Origin: Treponemataceae bacterium | GTDB taxonomy: Bacteria > Spirochaetota > Spirochaetia > Treponematales > Rectinemataceae | DNA: 64,000 bases | Direction: 5' to 3' | Assembly: GCA_963667725.2 (NCBI GenBank) | Contig: CAXXHO010000003.1 | Location: 1,824,001-1,888,000 of the forward strand | In this document: piece by piece, positions 47,159 through 56,872 of the stretch | How the letters are laid out: each line of letters opens with the position of its first letter | Numbering within the stretch: the stretch's first letter is position 1 | Position numbers and translations under genes: made by a program | Notes under the pieces: generated by a model | Told to the model about the DNA's origin: nothing | Database searches by the model: none | The model's input: only the letters and a program-made list of their open reading frames with translations

Positions 47159-48781
47159 CTATTCATAGCGGGCATGCCCTTCCGCCACATAGCGGTCGGT
47201 AATCCCCCTGATGGCTTCGACCGCTTCAAGGCAGAGCCTTCCATCGCTAGAGACGACTTCCCAGCGGACCATCCCCTCTTCGCTGCGAGAAATGCGCTGG
47301 GCGACCTGATACCACGCTCCGGTAACATCGGTATCGGCGCCGATGATTTCCGGCAGGCCTGACCTCATCAGCGTGGCATCCAGGCTCGTGCCGTCTTCCA
47401 TCGTTTTTAAAACCGAAAGCCCCCGGCCCGCGAATTCGGCCTCGACATCTACCATCACGCGTTCCATCAGGGCCTCGTCAATGAAATGGCAGGGCCATTC
47501 CCTCGCCCGCGCGATCCGCTTCTGACGTTCCATGGCCTTTTCGAAAAGCTCGGGATGATTCGCCCAGAGCCTGGCCGTCAGCAGGGTGAAATACAGCGTA
47601 TTCTCCGTGGCCGCGAAGCCCTTGGAGAAATCGTCGAGATCATAGGGAAAATTCATATAGTAGTGAGCCGATTCCTCGGAAGCGACCAGATACTGCCGGC
47701 CGCAATGGGTCCGCAGCGCCTCTTTTATGAACGAATGTCCGTTGCGTATGATATGGACATCGATTCCCCGGGAAGCCTGGTCGACCATCGCCAGTGGATT
47801 CGCCTTGACATCCGAGTACATCTGCGGACGCCATGGCGCGGAGGCGCCTCCATCGAAAAAGCCGGAAGCGTGGACGCCCCGGAAAAACTTCATTATCTCC
47901 GGAACGAGGACGCCGAGATTGAAGGATGGGGTCAGCTGCTCGCCTCGGGCGTTCATCACATCCATTCGGTCTCCGTCGCCGTCATAGCAGAAGCCGAAAT
48001 CGTAGCCGCCCGCCTTCATCAGATCCCAGGTAGGCTGTATGCTTTTCAGAATGCCGGGATTGGGATCCCCCCTGGGAAAGAATCCGTCGGGCACGAGGTT
48101 CCTCGTCCGGACTTTAGCGCCGGCCAGTCCCAGAGCCTCGCTGACCTCTGTTCCCGCGGCGCCGCAGAGGAAATCCGCCAGGACAGACAGCCCCGAGAGG
48201 GAATCGCGCTCCACGCCCGCGAGTTGCATTGAATAGTCGATGAACTGGTCGAGATAGCGACGCACGGTCACTTTCGCCCTTCCAGACGGGGATCGGGCGA
48301 GATCGCCGCCTTCCAGGTAGAGGGCGAGAATGCCGGTTATGCCGCCTGCCGGTCCCGAATCCATGGCGAGGGTCATCATGCCGCGGGACATCAGCTTCAG
48401 CCCGATATATTCGCCTGGATTGTGGCTCGCGGTGAACATGATCGCCGCGCTGTCCGGATTCCGCAGGCAACTGTAGTAAAACTGGCAGGTAGAACTCTGG
48501 AGGGGATTGAGGATTACCTCGATGCCCATTTCGGGCAGCAGTTCCACGGCCAGCTCCATAAGTGCAGGCGCGGCCAATCGGGCATCGCGCCCCAATACCA
48601 CGGAATCGACGCCGAGCGCTTCCTTGATATAGCGGCCCACGGCGATGATCAGCCGCGTGCCGAGGACTGGGGTCAGCCTGCTTTCCTTCGTCCTTATGTC
48701 GTAGGCTTTGAACATGCCAAGGTTGAGTTCTTGTCTCTGCGCTTCCGATACCGTGGCCATGAGCGATTGATAATCCGTCAT
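47159..48781 (-). CDS. Phosphomannomutase/phosphoglucomutase family
   Basis: FKAYDIR, TASHNP, DGDGDR, EESAH; start uncertain (48781-48817). Confidence 0.85.
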   Translation of the reverse strand: MTDYQSLMATVSEAQRQELNLGMFKAYDIRTKESRLTPVLGTRLIIAVGRYIKEALGVDSVVLGRDARLAAPALMELAVELLPEMGIEVILNPLQSSTCQFYYSCLRNPDSAAIMFTASHNPGEYIGLKLMSRGMMTLAMDSGPAGGITGILALYLEGGDLARSPSGRAKVTVRRYLDQFIDYSMQLAGVERDSLSGLSVLADFLCGAAGTEVSEALGLAGAKVRTRNLVPDGFFPRGDPNPGILKSIQPTWDLMKAGGYDFGFCYDGDGDRMDVMNARGEQLTPSFNLGVLVPEIMKFFRGVHASGFFDGGASAPWRPQMYSDVKANPLAMVDQASRGIDVHIIRNGHSFIKEALRTHCGRQYLVASEESAHYYMNFPYDLDDFSKGFAATENTLYFTLLTARLWANHPELFEKAMERQKRIARAREWPCHFIDEALMERVMVDVEAEFAGRGLSVLKTMEDGTSLDATLMRSGLPEIIGADTDVTGAWYQVAQRISRSEEGMVRWEVVSSDGRLCLEAVEAIRGITDRYVAEGHARYE

Positions 48782-48949
48782 ATTCAGGAAAGTATACAGG
48801 TAAAAATCATCCATCACAAGGAAAAAGAAACAAAAAGAAAGAAAAACAAAGGCAAAGCGAGATGTTTACCGCCGCACCCCTCTCGGCTCAGAGGAATACC
48901 GGCCGGCCTATCTCTTCAATTCCGGGAGCGATTATCCCATACTATCCGC

Positions 48950-49510
48950 ATGAAGACCCAATCGAGGAGCGCCGACCCTCTGCGTATCGACGAACTCGCG
49001 ATGCCCGGCTGCCCGGGCATCGTCGGCCTCACCTCCTGTCCTGGCAGGAAGAGGGCCTTCCTGAGCCGCGGAACCAGGGATAGTGAATTGGAAGCCGACC
49101 TGGCCGCCATCAAAGCCTGGAGAGCGGAAATCCTCCTGAGCCTCATCGAGCCGCAGGAATATGCTTTATATGGCGTCGAGCGGATGCGCGAGCTGATTCC
49201 CGAGGGCATTCTCCACCTTCGGCTTCCGATCCCGGATGGCTCGACGCCCGACGCTTCCTGGGAAAATTCCTGGGAAGTCGCCGGCCCCAAGATCCGCGCG
49301 ATCCTGAGCCGCGGGGGACGAGTCTGCGTTCACTGCATAGGCGGACTAGGACGGACGGGGCTTGTCGCCGCGCGGCTTCTGGTGGAATTCGGCGCTCAGC
49401 CTCTGGAGGCTATCCGAATGGTCAGGGATATCCGCCCGGGCGCGATTGAGACCGCCGCGCAGGAAAACTATGTCAGATCGCTCCTGCCGGCACGTGAGAC
49501 CTTTTCGTAG
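48950..49510 (+). CDS. CDKN3-like dual-specificity/tyrosine phosphatase
   Basis: CPGR, DLAAI, LPIPDG, HCIGGLGRTG (CX5R), RPGAIET..Q. Confidence 0.85.
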   Translation: MKTQSRSADPLRIDELAMPGCPGIVGLTSCPGRKRAFLSRGTRDSELEADLAAIKAWRAEILLSLIEPQEYALYGVERMRELIPEGILHLRLPIPDGSTPDASWENSWEVAGPKIRAILSRGGRVCVHCIGGLGRTGLVAARLLVEFGAQPLEAIRMVRDIRPGAIETAAQENYVRSLLPARETFS

Positions 49511-50205
49511 GTTTTATATCGCCCCTGTTTGCCCGACTCGGCGAGAAGGCTGGCACGGCAGAAACAGTAGAGAATCTTGCGCGCCCTTTGGGGAGGGATG
49601 CCGAGAGCCTCCCCCAAGGCCGCCGAGGTAAAGGGCGACGCGAGGCTCTTCGGGATGAGGGCGAGCCATTGGCCACGGGTCCTGAAAGAACGCGACGAAA
49701 GAACTTCGAGAAGCTCCTTGTCAACCGTCCTGTCGCCCTTGCGCCACCATGATCCCGATCCGTCGCGAACCTTCGTCTCCACGCTCCTGACCATGAGTAT
49801 TTCGACCGTGACGTTGCGCGCCGCCATGAATCCGGGCGCACGGATGAGTTCGTCGAAAAGGCTGTACAGATCGCCCCGCTTCGGGCTCATGCGGACCGAA
49901 AGCAGCTCGTTCGTCACCGGTTCGAGCCTGCGCAGCTCGCGCCTCGCCGACACGGGGTAAACCACGCGCACGCGGTACCCCTTCCCGGCGAATTCGAGAA
50001 CCTTGGGCGCGAGCTGGCCAAGATGCCCGGTTTGCACCTCGACAAGCTCGCCGTCGGCGCGAACGAGATCCACCACCTTGCCTTCGACCAAGGCTTCCAG
50101 ACGGTCCCCCGGCTTGGCGAGATAGTCCTTGAGTTGGGCATGGAGACTGTATTCCGAATAGAGGTTAATGCCTGACCGCTCGGCGGCGATGGATCCCATG
50201 GCCAT
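49468..50205 (-). CDS. Hypothetical protein, PD-(D/E)XK-like N-terminus with C-terminal winged helix
   Basis: E.SLHAQLK...E...VD......LVEVQT; C-terminal FTSAALGEAL...ARKILYC. Confidence 0.6.
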   Translation of the reverse strand: MAMGSIAAERSGINLYSEYSLHAQLKDYLAKPGDRLEALVEGKVVDLVRADGELVEVQTGHLGQLAPKVLEFAGKGYRVRVVYPVSARRELRRLEPVTNELLSVRMSPKRGDLYSLFDELIRAPGFMAARNVTVEILMVRSVETKVRDGSGSWWRKGDRTVDKELLEVLSSRSFRTRGQWLALIPKSLASPFTSAALGEALGIPPQRARKILYCFCRASLLAESGKQGRYKTYEKVSRAGRSDLT

Positions 50206-50314
50206 AAGTATGCACGAGACTGGCAAAAATGCCCAGCGGCATACTCAAGGGTTCGGGCATTGACAGAAAAGCAAAACAGTACAAACTTGATTATAAACAC
50301 AGCGGAGGTTCAGC

Positions 50315-51184
50315 ATGAAATATTCGGGCATACTTCTTCCGTTTTGCATGGCAATCCTTGTCGCGGGCTGCGCGAGCGCTCCCTCTCCAGCCACGCTCGA
50401 AGCCCCCGTGCCCAAAACCGACATCTGGCCGAAAATCTACAGCGACGAATCCTACCTCTCGACTTTCGCTTCAACCTGGTCCGAGGATGAAGCGGTTGGC
50501 GCGATAAAAAATCTTCAGAATTCCATGGTTGAATTCAACGCCAACCTTCCCCTGTCGGAATTGAGCGTCGACCCCTACGGCATGAGGGCCCGCTGGTCCT
50601 GGATCGAGAACGGCACATTCCAGAAAAGCGCCGGCATCGTCATCCCCTTCGACATGGTCACATCCATGCTCCTCGAGCATTATCCAGCTCTCGAAAAAGA
50701 CTATAAATGGGGACTCCTCGTCTACATAACGGGAGGAAGCCCCGTATCCCTGCGCATGCCCACGAGGGATATGGCGGAACGTCTCGGCAAAGCGGTCACC
50801 GTGCTGGCCAAAGCCAGGGCGGCGAAACTGTCAATGCCCAATCCTCGTTTCGGCGCGGCCCTTGGAGCCCTGAGCGAAGCCCAGGCCCAAGCCGCCGGCA
50901 TCCTGCCCACGGGAGGCATCATCATATCCTGGATCTTCAGAGAGAGTCCGGCCGAAAAAGCGGGCTTCTCGCCCCAGGACATCATCACGGGCATTGGGGG
51001 AAAGCCGGTGCGGAAAACCGACGACCTTTTCTCCGCGCTGGACGCCGCCGCGGCCGAGGGAGCCATCGAGATAAAAATATCGGGCATAAGGCGCAGCTAT
51101 AGAACTGAGGGAAAAACCAATGTCGAAATCTTCGTTCCCCTCACCTTCACCCTGGCGATAGACCAGACGGGAGCGGCCAAATGA
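50315..51184 (+). CDS. Lipoprotein with C-terminal PDZ domain
   Basis: Lipobox VAGC; SPAEKAGF..QDIITGIGG. Confidence 0.8.
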   Translation: MKYSGILLPFCMAILVAGCASAPSPATLEAPVPKTDIWPKIYSDESYLSTFASTWSEDEAVGAIKNLQNSMVEFNANLPLSELSVDPYGMRARWSWIENGTFQKSAGIVIPFDMVTSMLLEHYPALEKDYKWGLLVYITGGSPVSLRMPTRDMAERLGKAVTVLAKARAAKLSMPNPRFGAALGALSEAQAQAAGILPTGGIIISWIFRESPAEKAGFSPQDIITGIGGKPVRKTDDLFSALDAAAAEGAIEIKISGIRRSYRTEGKTNVEIFVPLTFTLAIDQTGAAK

Positions 51185-51846
51185 AAACCAGACAATATCT
51201 GCTCTTCGCCGCCATGGGCTTCCTCGTGCTTTTCAGGGCATTTTCCCAGGGGGCTGACCCCAAGACGGTAACGCCGGCCTGGATACTGGAAAAACAATTC
51301 GAACAGCAGGAGGAAGAAAAAAAGGTGGCCAGCGCGGCGGGAGCCTTCAATGTTTTCTTCATAGGCTATGACTATCCCTTGATCTCGGGTCCGCTGGCGC
51401 CCCATCTCGATACATGGAAGAGCCCGCTCAATTTCGCCTTCGGCATGGAAACGTCCATCTCAAACGAATCTTCGTTCCTGACCGGCGTCGAGGGGGAACT
51501 CTTCATGACCTTCAATGACCAGGGGTCTTTCTTTCTCATGAACGATATGGTCATGTTCGGGTACTCCATCAATCTGAAGCCGGTCAGGCTCAACATGGGC
51601 CTCCGCGCCGGCTTCTCCATCCTGGATGTCATGGGCACGACGGAGACATATACGGGACTTGGGCTGATCATCGGCCCCGAAGCCTCCATTTACCTAACCT
51701 TCGCTCCCGATTCCTGGCTATGGCTCAGGGGCCGTTATGCCATGGCCGGCTACATGAGCTTGGACTCATCCTCGAATCCGATTTCGCAGGGGGACAACTC
51801 CCTAACCTTGATCAGTCTCGAAGCCGGTTTGGCTTTCAAGCTTTAA
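51181..51846 (+). CDS. Exported protein, probable small outer-membrane beta-barrel
   Basis: Signal peptide; amphipathic strands; C-terminal EAGLAFKL; ATGA overlap with the PDZ gene. Confidence 0.55.
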   Translation: MKTRQYLLFAAMGFLVLFRAFSQGADPKTVTPAWILEKQFEQQEEEKKVASAAGAFNVFFIGYDYPLISGPLAPHLDTWKSPLNFAFGMETSISNESSFLTGVEGELFMTFNDQGSFFLMNDMVMFGYSINLKPVRLNMGLRAGFSILDVMGTTETYTGLGLIIGPEASIYLTFAPDSWLWLRGRYAMAGYMSLDSSSNPISQGDNSLTLISLEAGLAFKL

Positions 51847-51855
51847 AATCGCGGC

Positions 51856-52857
51856 TCAAAGCGAAAGGATCTCCCGCCAGACGCGTTCGTCCACGGGGAT
51901 GCCTTCGGCCGCGTTGCGCTCCCTTACGGCCCTCATCCGCTGCCCGGCATAGACGATGGGCCTGGACGAACAATCGGGTTTCGACAAGAGCAGATCCTCC
52001 ACGGCGTCCCGAATGATCCCTTCCACGCGCTCAGGCGGCGCTATGGCGGAAATATTGATGGCGATGAAGGTCTGCGAGATCGCGTACTCGCCGCCGAGCC
52101 TGCCGATGGCCGATGTCGTGTTGCCGAGCGAGAGTCCTCCCGAGAAAATATCCAGGGCGAAGGAAAGCGCCGCTCCCTTCCAGTACCCGGCAGGCATCAT
52201 CCTTTTCGTCTTCAATACAGCCTCGGGATCGCAGGTCAGATTGCCCGCCGCGTCGAATCCGGCCGCATAGGGCATCTGTTCGCCGTTGAGCGCGGCGAGT
52301 TCCAGCGCGCCGTACGAATACTGCGACATCGCCATATCGACGACGATATGATCTTCCTTCCATGGGAAAGCCATGACGAGTGGATTGTTTCCCAACCGCG
52401 GATCGACGGCTCCCCATGTCGGCATATTGGGCAAGGTATTGGTAAAGCAAATGCCAGCCATGCCCTGTTCGCTGGCCTGATAGCCATAGGTCGCGGCCCG
52501 GAGCCAGTGGTTCGTATTGCGCAGGGCCACGCAGCCGATGCCATGCTCCTTCGCGAGTTCGATCGCCCGTCCCATGCAGGCCCAGGCGTTGACGATCCCG
52601 AAGCCCAGCCCGCCGTCATAGTTCTCTAGCCCGCCAAAAGCGTTGATCAACGCCGGTTCCGCCTTCATGTCCAGCGTCCCATCGTCGATGCCTCTTACCA
52701 GCCGCGCGAAACGATTGATCCCATGGGTGTAGGTGCCCTCGAGCGAATTGCGCGCCACTTCGAAGGCCACCTTCCGCGCATGTTCCGGCGGACAGCCTCG
52801 TCCAAGCAGTATTTTTTCAAACGCGGCCTGTACTTCTCCGGCTGGAATCTTCAGCAT
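51856..52857 (-). CDS. yiaK: 3-dehydro-L-gulonate 2-dehydrogenase (Ldh2 family)
   Basis: NSLEGTYTHGINRF, LRNTNHW.R...YG, MPTWG...LGNNP, DMAMSQYSYG, YWKG. Confidence 0.87.
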   Translation of the reverse strand: MLKIPAGEVQAAFEKILLGRGCPPEHARKVAFEVARNSLEGTYTHGINRFARLVRGIDDGTLDMKAEPALINAFGGLENYDGGLGFGIVNAWACMGRAIELAKEHGIGCVALRNTNHWLRAATYGYQASEQGMAGICFTNTLPNMPTWGAVDPRLGNNPLVMAFPWKEDHIVVDMAMSQYSYGALELAALNGEQMPYAAGFDAAGNLTCDPEAVLKTKRMMPAGYWKGAALSFALDIFSGGLSLGNTTSAIGRLGGEYAISQTFIAINISAIAPPERVEGIIRDAVEDLLLSKPDCSSRPIVYAGQRMRAVRERNAAEGIPVDERVWREILSL

Positions 52858-52917
52858 CGCGTCGCCTCCCTATTCGAATCGATCCACGCAATCACGATAC
52901 CATGCGGACAAACCAAT

Positions 52918-52948
52918 AAAAAAGGCTTCCTTTCGGAAGCCTAAAAAA
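52918..52948 (-). terminator. Terminator downstream of tRNA-Leu
   Basis: AGGCTTCC-tttc-GGAAGCCT flanked by A-runs (T-run on the minus strand). Confidence 0.8.
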
Positions 52949-53028
52949 TGCCCGGAGGGGGACTTGAACCCCCATGCTTTCGCACTAGAACCTGAATCTA
53001 GCGTGTCTGCCAATTCCACCATCCGGGC
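52949..53028 (-). tRNA. tRNA-Leu (anticodon CAG), CCA not encoded
   Basis: GCCCGGA acceptor stem; GGAATTGGCAGAC D-arm; CTAGA-TTCAGGT-TCTAG anticodon arm; variable arm TGCGAAAGCA; GGGGG-TTCAAGT-CCCCC T-arm. Confidence 0.96.
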
Positions 53029-53055
53029 GAGCGGAGCCTGATAACGCGGAGTGTA

Positions 53056-53084
53056 TTTTTACCGGTACGGGGGCGCTCTGTCAA
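53056..53084 (-). promoter_or_regulatory. Sigma-70 promoter of tRNA-Leu
   Basis: Minus strand TTGACA-17 bp-TAAAAA. Confidence 0.65.
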
Positions 53085-53266
53085 GCACTCGGATGCGTTT
53101 CGCGCCAACTGAAGGCTATTTCAATACTTGATACCATGGTTTCAAATTCGGCTTTTCTCAACTTGCTAGATTTGACATCCCAGGGTAGTATGATCTCGAT
53201 GCGTAAAGTGGAGCGGAATTGCCTGCGCTTATCCCTTCCGGCAGGCAAAAAAGCCATGGAGACACT

Positions 53267-54619
53267 ATGAAACTTTCAGCCTGGAATCGCGACATGAGCG
53301 GTTTTGATTACCTGTCCCTGCTTGTCATCGACATTGACGGCAGGCTTCGCGCGGTGAGCCTTCCCGCGAATTACGCGAGCGAAAAAGTACTGAAAAAGGG
53401 CATCGGCTTCGACGCTTCCAACTTCGGTTACGCGAAGGTTCATTCTTCCGACATGGTGGCAGTGCCCGACCTGGATACCGCTTTCATCGAGGAGAAAGAA
53501 GGTTTCAGGATCCTTCACGCCTTCTGTAGCGTAAAAACGACGGATGAACTGCCTTTCGCCCATTATCCGAGGGAGGTGGCGGCGGCCGCGCTGGAGAAGG
53601 TAAGGCAGAGCGGCGTCGGCGATGATGTCATGCTGCTCGTCGAACTGGAATTCTATGTGTTCGACAGCGTGAAATATTCGACAACGGTCGATCATTCTTA
53701 TTATTTCGTCGAGAATTCCGAGGGAATCGGCGAGGAATCCGAGGACGCGCCGAGGGTTGGGCTTTCGAGGGCGTATCATCTTTCGTCGCCTGACGATCGC
53801 TATCAGCTTCTACGCAACAGAGCGGTGCAATCGATGATCGACGCGGGAATTCCCGTAAAATATCACCACCACGAGGTGGGTTCCTCCCAACTCGAGATCG
53901 AGCTGGATTTCATTTCGTTGAAAAAGGCGGGAGACCTGGTGACGCTCGCGCAGTGGATTCTCCGCAACGAGGCGGCCGAACTCGGGCTTTATGTCACCTT
54001 CATGCCCAAACCGATGTACAAGATCGCTGGAAGCGGCATGCATGTGCATCAGTTCATCGTGAAAGACGGCGCGTCCGTGTTCCCCGGCGATGGGCTCTAC
54101 GGGCTCTCGAAGACGGGGCTGGCCTACACCGCGGGCATTCTTTCCCACGCGCTTTCCGGCTCCCTTCTGGCCTTCTCTAATCCTTCGACGAATTCCTACC
54201 GTCGCCTGGTGCCAGGCTATGAGGCGCCGGTGAGCGCGACCTTCGCTCAGGGGTCGAGGGCCGCCGCGGTCCGCATTCCCGGATATTTGGGCAAAGGCGA
54301 GGCGCGCATAGAGTTCAGGACCGGCGACGCCACGGCCAATGTCTACTATTTCATCGCGGCCATGGTCCTGGCGGGTCTGGACGGGATCCGGCGCGGGCTC
54401 GATCCTGTTGCTATGGGTTTCGCTTCCGACAAGGTTACGCCGAAAAACACCTTCCCGACGGGGCTTTATCATGTTCTGGCGGGGCTCCGCAAGGATAAAA
54501 AGTACCTGGAAGGCATCTTCCCCGAAGAGCTCATCGCGGTGTGGACCGAGCGCAAGTCCAAGGACGCCGAATATGTCTACAACGCTCCCGTTCCGCAGGA
54601 ATACGAGCTTTACTTCTGA
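53267..54619 (+). CDS. glnA: Glutamine synthetase, type I family
   Basis: FDASN, ELEFY, HHEVG..QLEI, FMPKP, GSGMHVH, NSYRRLVPGYEAP, RIEFR. Confidence 0.85.
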   Translation: MKLSAWNRDMSGFDYLSLLVIDIDGRLRAVSLPANYASEKVLKKGIGFDASNFGYAKVHSSDMVAVPDLDTAFIEEKEGFRILHAFCSVKTTDELPFAHYPREVAAAALEKVRQSGVGDDVMLLVELEFYVFDSVKYSTTVDHSYYFVENSEGIGEESEDAPRVGLSRAYHLSSPDDRYQLLRNRAVQSMIDAGIPVKYHHHEVGSSQLEIELDFISLKKAGDLVTLAQWILRNEAAELGLYVTFMPKPMYKIAGSGMHVHQFIVKDGASVFPGDGLYGLSKTGLAYTAGILSHALSGSLLAFSNPSTNSYRRLVPGYEAPVSATFAQGSRAAAVRIPGYLGKGEARIEFRTGDATANVYYFIAAMVLAGLDGIRRGLDPVAMGFASDKVTPKNTFPTGLYHVLAGLRKDKKYLEGIFPEELIAVWTERKSKDAEYVYNAPVPQEYELYF

Positions 54620-54671
54620 TGGGGAAGCCAGTTTTAGGAATGGCTTTTTGCTGCCGAAGAGGAGAATAGCG

Positions 54672-56297
54672 ATGCCGGAATTCGTTTTTTCGGGCGATGA
54701 GGCGATAGGACGCGGAGCTATGGATGCCGGGGTTTCGGGCGCTTTTGCCTATCCGGGCACTCCATCCACCGAGATCATGGAGTTCATCCAGGACAACCTG
54801 GACGCGTACCTGGCCCTGCTTTCAGAGGCCGAGAGGAAATCGGTCGTCGCCCAGTGGTGCGCCAACGAGAAATCCGCCTACGAGGCCGCGCTTGGAGCTT
54901 CTTTCGCTGGCAGACGGGCGATGGTCTCAATGAAACATGTAGGTCTCAATGTAGCCATGGATCCTTTCACCAACTCGGCGCTCGTGCGCATAAGGGGCGG
55001 ACTGGTGGTGGTGGTGGCCGACGATCCTGGCATGCATTCGAGCCAGGACGAACAGGATTCGAGGATTTTGGCCGATTTCGCGAGGGTTCCCTGCTTCGAG
55101 CCTTCGGACCAGCAGGAGGCCTACGAGATGACGCGCGCCGCCTTCGATTACTCCGAGGCGAACGAAGTGCCCGTGATGCTCCGCGTCACGACGCGGCTGG
55201 CCCATGCGCGGTCGCTGGTGCGGACGAAGGCGGCGCGCTTGCCCAATGCCCTCGCGAAACGCGCCGACTCCAAGTCGTGGATACTCATGCCCGACAACGC
55301 GCAGAAAAATTGGAAGACCCTTCTCGAGAAGAATATACTTTTCCGGCGGGACGCCGAGAGTGCCGCCATCCTGAAGTTGCGCGATAAGAGCCTGGGCATA
55401 ATCACCTGCGGACTGGGCTTGCGCTATTATCTGGAAAACGAGGATGATTGGGCCGCCGCGCATGACGGCGCCCGCCCTTCGCATCTCCACATAGGGCGCT
55501 ATCCGATCGAGAGCAATAAAATAAGGGAGCTGGCCGCTCACGTGAACAAGATCCTCGTCGTCGAGGAAGGCCAAGTTTTCATGGAAAGGTTCATCGTCGG
55601 CGTATTTCCGGCGCCCGTGCCGATAATGGGAAAACTGTCGGGAGCGATTCCCGAGGACGGGGAACTGTCCGCGGATTCCGTACGCAAGGCGTTGGGGCTT
55701 GCCCCGAAAAGCGCCCTTCCCTCTCCTGGGATTCGGATACCGCGGCGGCCGCCTCAGTTCTGCCAGGGTTGTCCGCATGGGGATTCCTTTTCCGCGCTGA
55801 AGGAGGCGCTCAAGGACGAAGCCGACTTCCTGACCGCTTCCGACATCGGCTGCTACACGTTGGCCGCTCTTCCTCCTTTCAATGCCGTGGACACCTGCGT
55901 CGATATGGGCGCGTCGATAGGCATGGCTCGCGGGGCTTCCTCTATCGGCCAGAAAAAAGCGGTGGCTATCATAGGCGATTCCACCTTCTATCATTCGGGC
56001 ATGACGAACCTTCTCGACGCCGTGGCGCACGGGACAACAATCACGGTGCTCATCCTCGACAACAGCACGACGGGCATGACAGGCGCCCAGCCTACCATTT
56101 CGCCTGGATTCAGGCTGCGGGCTATTCTTGAGGGTTTGGGCGTCGAGGCGGAACATGTCCGCGAGCTGGAGGCGCAGCGCAGGTATCACGAGGCGAATGT
56201 CGCCGTCCTGCGCGAAGAGCTGGCTTATGAGGGCGTCTCGGTGATCATCATGAAACGGGAATGTATTGAATATCTCAAGAAAACGAGGCGGACATGA
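54672..56297 (+). CDS. iorA: Indolepyruvate:ferredoxin oxidoreductase alpha subunit (short form)
   Basis: YPGTPSTEI, NEKSA, MKHVGLNVA.D, DDPGMHSSQ.EQDSR, C.GCPH, DIGCY, GDSTF.HSG. Confidence 0.92.
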   Translation: MPEFVFSGDEAIGRGAMDAGVSGAFAYPGTPSTEIMEFIQDNLDAYLALLSEAERKSVVAQWCANEKSAYEAALGASFAGRRAMVSMKHVGLNVAMDPFTNSALVRIRGGLVVVVADDPGMHSSQDEQDSRILADFARVPCFEPSDQQEAYEMTRAAFDYSEANEVPVMLRVTTRLAHARSLVRTKAARLPNALAKRADSKSWILMPDNAQKNWKTLLEKNILFRRDAESAAILKLRDKSLGIITCGLGLRYYLENEDDWAAAHDGARPSHLHIGRYPIESNKIRELAAHVNKILVVEEGQVFMERFIVGVFPAPVPIMGKLSGAIPEDGELSADSVRKALGLAPKSALPSPGIRIPRRPPQFCQGCPHGDSFSALKEALKDEADFLTASDIGCYTLAALPPFNAVDTCVDMGASIGMARGASSIGQKKAVAIIGDSTFYHSGMTNLLDAVAHGTTITVLILDNSTTGMTGAQPTISPGFRLRAILEGLGVEAEHVRELEAQRRYHEANVAVLREELAYEGVSVIIMKRECIEYLKKTRRT

Positions 56298-56872
56298 ACT
56301 ACAATATCATCCTCGCAGGAGTCGGCGGACAGGGCGGCCTCTCCATCTCCGTGGTGATAGCGCGCGCGGCCATGGCCGCTGGCTTTCTCGTCAAGCAGTC
56401 GGAAGTCCACGGGATGTCCCAGCGCGGCGGTCAAGTCCTCGCCCATCTTCGCATCGCCGATACGGAAATTCATAGTCCGACAATTCCGATGGGATCCGCG
56501 GATCTCGTTCTCGCTTTCGAACCTCTCGAGGCTTTGCGCTATGTTTCCTGGCTCGCCGCCGACCGCGGGGTCGTGGTTTCCGCTAAGGCTCCAATAAGAA
56601 ACATTCCCGATTATCCTGAGATTGACGCCGTCATCGCCGAAATAGAAAAGCTGCCGAGACATCGCATCCTCGATGCCGAGGCCATAGCCAAAGCCGCCGG
56701 CAGCGCTAAATCAGCCAACGTCGTCCTCGTGGGAGCAGCCGCCGATTTGACGCCGATTCCCGCCGATCTCATCGAGAAGGAAATTTCGGCGCTCTTCGCC
56801 CGGAAGGGCGAAGCTGTCGTTCAAGCCAATATGAGGGCATTTAAAGATGGTCAAGCACAATTCGTCCATTGA
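56294..56872 (+). CDS. iorB: Indolepyruvate:ferredoxin oxidoreductase beta subunit
   Basis: GVGGQG, SEVHGMSQRGG, EPLEALR. Confidence 0.92.
   Translation: MNYNIILAGVGGQGGLSISVVIARAAMAAGFLVKQSEVHGMSQRGGQVLAHLRIADTEIHSPTIPMGSADLVLAFEPLEALRYVSWLAADRGVVVSAKAPIRNIPDYPEIDAVIAEIEKLPRHRILDAEAIAKAAGSAKSANVVLVGAAADLTPIPADLIEKEISALFARKGEAVVQANMRAFKDGQAQFVH

Noticed and set aside
52860..53260. tRNA-Leu as a possible island integration site
   Set aside because: No integrase, no duplicated tRNA 3' end seen, and the flanks are housekeeping genes.
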